A stretch of 64,000 bases of DNA from Flavobacteriales bacterium. GTDB lineage: Bacteria; Bacteroidota; Bacteroidia; Flavobacteriales_C; GCA-002722245. The notes beneath the pieces are model-generated. The model did not search any database. It was not told the origin of the DNA and saw only the letters and a program-made list of their open reading frames with translations. This document shows, in pieces, positions 61,383 through 64,000 of the stretch; positions within the stretch are counted from its first letter, which is position 1, and the number at the start of each line of letters is the position of its first letter. The translations under genes were made by a program, and so were the position numbers. Location of the stretch: assembly GCA_046074525.1 (NCBI GenBank), contig JBJTOK010000010.1, positions 86,541 to 150,540 on the forward strand. Direction: 5' to 3'.

Positions 61383-62551
61383 GTTCTGAAGGAGAAATCA
61401 GGAAAATATTCAATTTAAAAAAACTACTGATTCCCGTTATCATCGGGCTCATTGCCTCGGTGGCCCTTATCATTTACCAATTCCAAAAAACCACTTTTGT
61501 GGAAGTGGATGCCGGCAAAGGACAATATGTATGGGAGGATAAAAACCATGATCACACCAAACAGGAAGAAGAATACATACTGAGCAACTCTCCGCAGTCA
61601 AATTACAGGGCGCAAACTTTCTCTGAAAGTCTGGAATCCATACAATGGACCACCCACTCTTTCCTCTGGCTGGGCATAGCAGTAATCGCTGTCGCTACCC
61701 GTGATTTCGGGTACATCTGGCGCTTGCGTATTTTATCCGAAAAGAAAATTTCGTGGCGCGGGTGCTTTGATTCCATCATGATATGGGAATTCGCATCAGC
61801 TATTTCTCCATCGGCAGCGGGAGGCTCAAAAGTAGCGATGTTCATCATCCGACGTGAAGGCATTAATCTTGGAAAAAGTACCGCGTTGGTGATGGTCACT
61901 GCTTTTCTCGATGAGCTTTTCTACATCCTTATAGTTCCTGTCATGTTCCTCATCCTGGGCACCACCCAGATATTGCCCGAAAGCTTCAACGACATTTTAA
62001 AAACCAACCAGTTCATCATTTTTCTTCTGGCCTATTTTGGCTTGGTAATGCTTACTACTCTTTTGTTCATAGGGATTTTCAGGAAGCCTCATGTGTTGAA
62101 AAATGTACTGACAAAGATTGTTTTCAAATTCGGTTTCCTCAAACGCTTCCGCAGGAGCGCAGTACGTACAGGCAACGAAATGATTACTGCTTCGCAGGAA
62201 TTGAAAGAACAACCTTTTGGCTATTACCTGAAAGCTTTTATAGCGACAGCTCTTTCGTGGACTGCGCGTTTCATGGTAGTAAATTGCATCATGATGGCCT
62301 TCCTTCCCGGCATCGACAATGTGTTGATTTTCTGTCGCCAGCTCATTTTATGGGTACTCATGCTTATCCCGGTTACCCCTGGCGCCAGCGGCATTTCAGA
62401 GCTGCTATTTACAGGCATCATGGGTGATATCACCCAGTCGGGCGGACTTATTCTGGTCATCACACTTTTATGGCGCTTTTTAAGTTATTATCCTTATCTT
62501 TTTATCGGATTGATTGTTCTGCCTGGCTGGATCAGAAGAACATCAAAATAG
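61379..62551 (+). CDS. Flippase-like (lysylphosphatidylglycerol-synthase TM-region type) membrane protein
   Basis: Seven to eight TM helices with a layout like the UPF0104/LPG_synthase_TM family. Overlaps the nadB stop (ATGA). Confidence 0.5.
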   Translation: MSSEGEIRKIFNLKKLLIPVIIGLIASVALIIYQFQKTTFVEVDAGKGQYVWEDKNHDHTKQEEEYILSNSPQSNYRAQTFSESLESIQWTTHSFLWLGIAVIAVATRDFGYIWRLRILSEKKISWRGCFDSIMIWEFASAISPSAAGGSKVAMFIIRREGINLGKSTALVMVTAFLDELFYILIVPVMFLILGTTQILPESFNDILKTNQFIIFLLAYFGLVMLTTLLFIGIFRKPHVLKNVLTKIVFKFGFLKRFRRSAVRTGNEMITASQELKEQPFGYYLKAFIATALSWTARFMVVNCIMMAFLPGIDNVLIFCRQLILWVLMLIPVTPGASGISELLFTGIMGDITQSGGLILVITLLWRFLSYYPYLFIGLIVLPGWIRRTSK

Positions 62552-62556
62552 TCTGA

Positions 62557-63294
62557 ATGGAAAACAAAGACAATTTTTCAAAACAAGCGGAGCTCTACGC
62601 CAAATACCGTCCTGAATACCCTGCCGAATTGTACGATTTCATTTTTTCGAAAGTACAGGGTTTTTCAGCAGCCTGGGATTGTGCTACCGGCAATGGGCAG
62701 GTGGTTAAAGTTTTGGCGAAACATTTCAGCAAGGTTGAAGCTACTGATATCAGTGCAAAGCAAATCGAGAATGCCTATCCTGCCGATAATATCCACTATG
62801 CGGTACAAATCGCAGAGAGGACTTCTTTTACCAATCAGTCTTTCGATCTGATTACAGTGGGACAAGCCCTGCACTGGTTTTCCTTTGATGCTTTCTTTAC
62901 AGAAGTAAAACGACTGTTAAAACCAAAAGGTGTTTTTGCTGCGTGGTGTTACGGACTTAATACTGTAAATCCTGAAATAGACAGAATCACCCTTCACTTT
63001 TACAATGATATTGTTGGACCTTTCTGGGACAAAGAAAGACAGCACATTGAGAACAAATACGCAAGCATCAACTTCCCATTTCAGGATGTACTGAACCGCG
63101 ATTTTTATTACAAAGCCGAATGGACTGCCGACGAATATCTTGGCTATTTAAGCACCTGGTCGAGTGTGCAGCATTACATCAAAAGCAAAAACAGTAATCC
63201 TCTATCCCTCGTTTCACAAAGCATCACGGATCAATGGGGAGGGAATAAACGAAGCGTGACATTTCCAATCCATTTGAAATTAGTATGTTTGTAA
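62557..63294 (+). CDS. Class I SAM-dependent methyltransferase
   Basis: Motif I (AWDCATGNGQ) and motif post-I (KVEATDIS), plus LLKPKGVFA. Confidence 0.8.
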   Translation: MENKDNFSKQAELYAKYRPEYPAELYDFIFSKVQGFSAAWDCATGNGQVVKVLAKHFSKVEATDISAKQIENAYPADNIHYAVQIAERTSFTNQSFDLITVGQALHWFSFDAFFTEVKRLLKPKGVFAAWCYGLNTVNPEIDRITLHFYNDIVGPFWDKERQHIENKYASINFPFQDVLNRDFYYKAEWTADEYLGYLSTWSSVQHYIKSKNSNPLSLVSQSITDQWGGNKRSVTFPIHLKLVCL

Positions 63295-64000
63295 ATATTA
63301 AAAATCTTACTAGAGTGAAACAAGCAATATTTGCCCTCCTTCCGGTGTTCGCTATAGCCTGTAATTCCGGCAGCGAAGAAAAGAAAGAAAGCCCCGAAAC
63401 ACTAAGCCCACAAACACAAAACGAACTCAAGCTTTCAACACAGCAGGTGAAAGATTTCAAGTCCGCAGCAAAGGTTTTCAATGCTCTTCCAACACCTATT
63501 GAGATGGCCGAAATCATCAAAAAAAGCAATGTTAAATACGATCCTGAATTGCTGAACGACGACAAAAAAACTGGTGATTATGTCACTACAGTGGAAAGAG
63601 CCCTCAACCTTGGCGTATATTTCGCCGATTTGAGCTTTACCAGTGTTTTTGATCATCCGCAGGAATCTGTAAACTATCTGAAAGCTGCACAAAAAATGGC
63701 TATAGAACTGAACATCCTCAATGTGTTCAATGAAAATATCACTTTACGCATGGAAAGCAACATGAACAACAGGGATTCCCTGCTGTCTATCATTAGCGAA
63801 GCTTATTTGTCTACCGACAATTACCTTTACGAAAACCAGATGCATTCTATCTCTGCTGCAGTATTGGCTGGCTCATGGATAGAAGGCTTATCAATTGCCA
63901 CCCGCCTGCGTTCCAGCACAGGGGAATCTGAGCTGATCAAAGCAAAAATCAGCGAGCAGCAAAAATCTCTGAAAAACCTGATGGCTTTATTGAAAGACTG
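63285..64000 (+). CDS. Hypothetical lipoprotein (3' end outside the window)
   Basis: The frame is open from ATG 63285 to the window end. Signal and lipobox VKQAIFALLPVFAIAC. Absent from the ORF track because no stop is reached. Confidence 0.4.
   Translation, partial: MFVNIKNLTRVKQAIFALLPVFAIACNSGSEEKKESPETLSPQTQNELKLSTQQVKDFKSAAKVFNALPTPIEMAEIIKKSNVKYDPELLNDDKKTGDYVTTVERALNLGVYFADLSFTSVFDHPQESVNYLKAAQKMAIELNILNVFNENITLRMESNMNNRDSLLSIISEAYLSTDNYLYENQMHSISAAVLAGSWIEGLSIATRLRSSTGESELIKAKISEQQKSLKNLMALLKD

Noticed and set aside
1-64000. tRNA, rRNA, CRISPR, transposase or integrase genes
   Set aside because: Scanning the intergenic gaps found no T-loop (GTTCRANYC) or D-loop signatures, no direct-repeat/spacer arrays, and no ORF with DDE or tyrosine-recombinase motifs. 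All long ORFs are accounted for by the calls above.

Overview
This 64 kb window looks like a chromosomal core region of a moderately AT-rich Bacteroidetes genome, with gliding/T9SS-type content. Supporting clues are gldE-gldD next to mutY-ssb, three proteins with T9SS C-terminal sorting domains, and the bamA-skp-skp-murI cluster. Coding density is high, with many overlapping or abutting genes. I found no rRNA, tRNA, CRISPR array, transposase or integrase.

Recognisable genes include polA, mscL, four aminoacyl-tRNA synthetases (cysS, aspS, trpS, tyrS) unusually close together, pdxJ, nadK, uppS, bamA, two skp/ompH, murI, gmk, nadD, prfB, recX, an RNase E/G, HU, mutY, ssb, gldE/gldD, ctaA with two HMA copper-chaperone genes, rplU-rpmA, plsC, tadA, hflX, a MetB/MetC-family PLP enzyme, an NfuA-like gene and nadB.

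prfB carries the classical +1 programmed frameshift (CTT TGA C preceded by an internal AGGGGC Shine-Dalgarno-like box).

The most unusual non-genic signals are:
- a ~47-bp interspersed repeat family with three copies (33120, 39084, 57920) that can form a hairpin;
- next to copy B, a strongly GC-rich ~140-nt non-coding island with nested hairpins and a triple TGAGARTGGG direct repeat, which I treat as a candidate structured small RNA;
- a 40-bp perfect inverted repeat with a 25-nt loop between hflX and the MetB-like gene;
- an AT-rich 19-bp perfect inverted repeat between two other convergent genes.

At the left edge sit two tandem paralogous Gly-rich (GGxGG repeat) surface proteins with PATR-like modules and T9SS C-terminal domains; the first is cut off by the window edge. 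A tiny, extremely basic 19-codon ORF lies between the HU/TPR genes and the RNase E/G gene.

Several starts in the ORF track are TTG or GTG extensions. I moved them to internal ATGs where a signal peptide or a conserved N-terminus supported it.
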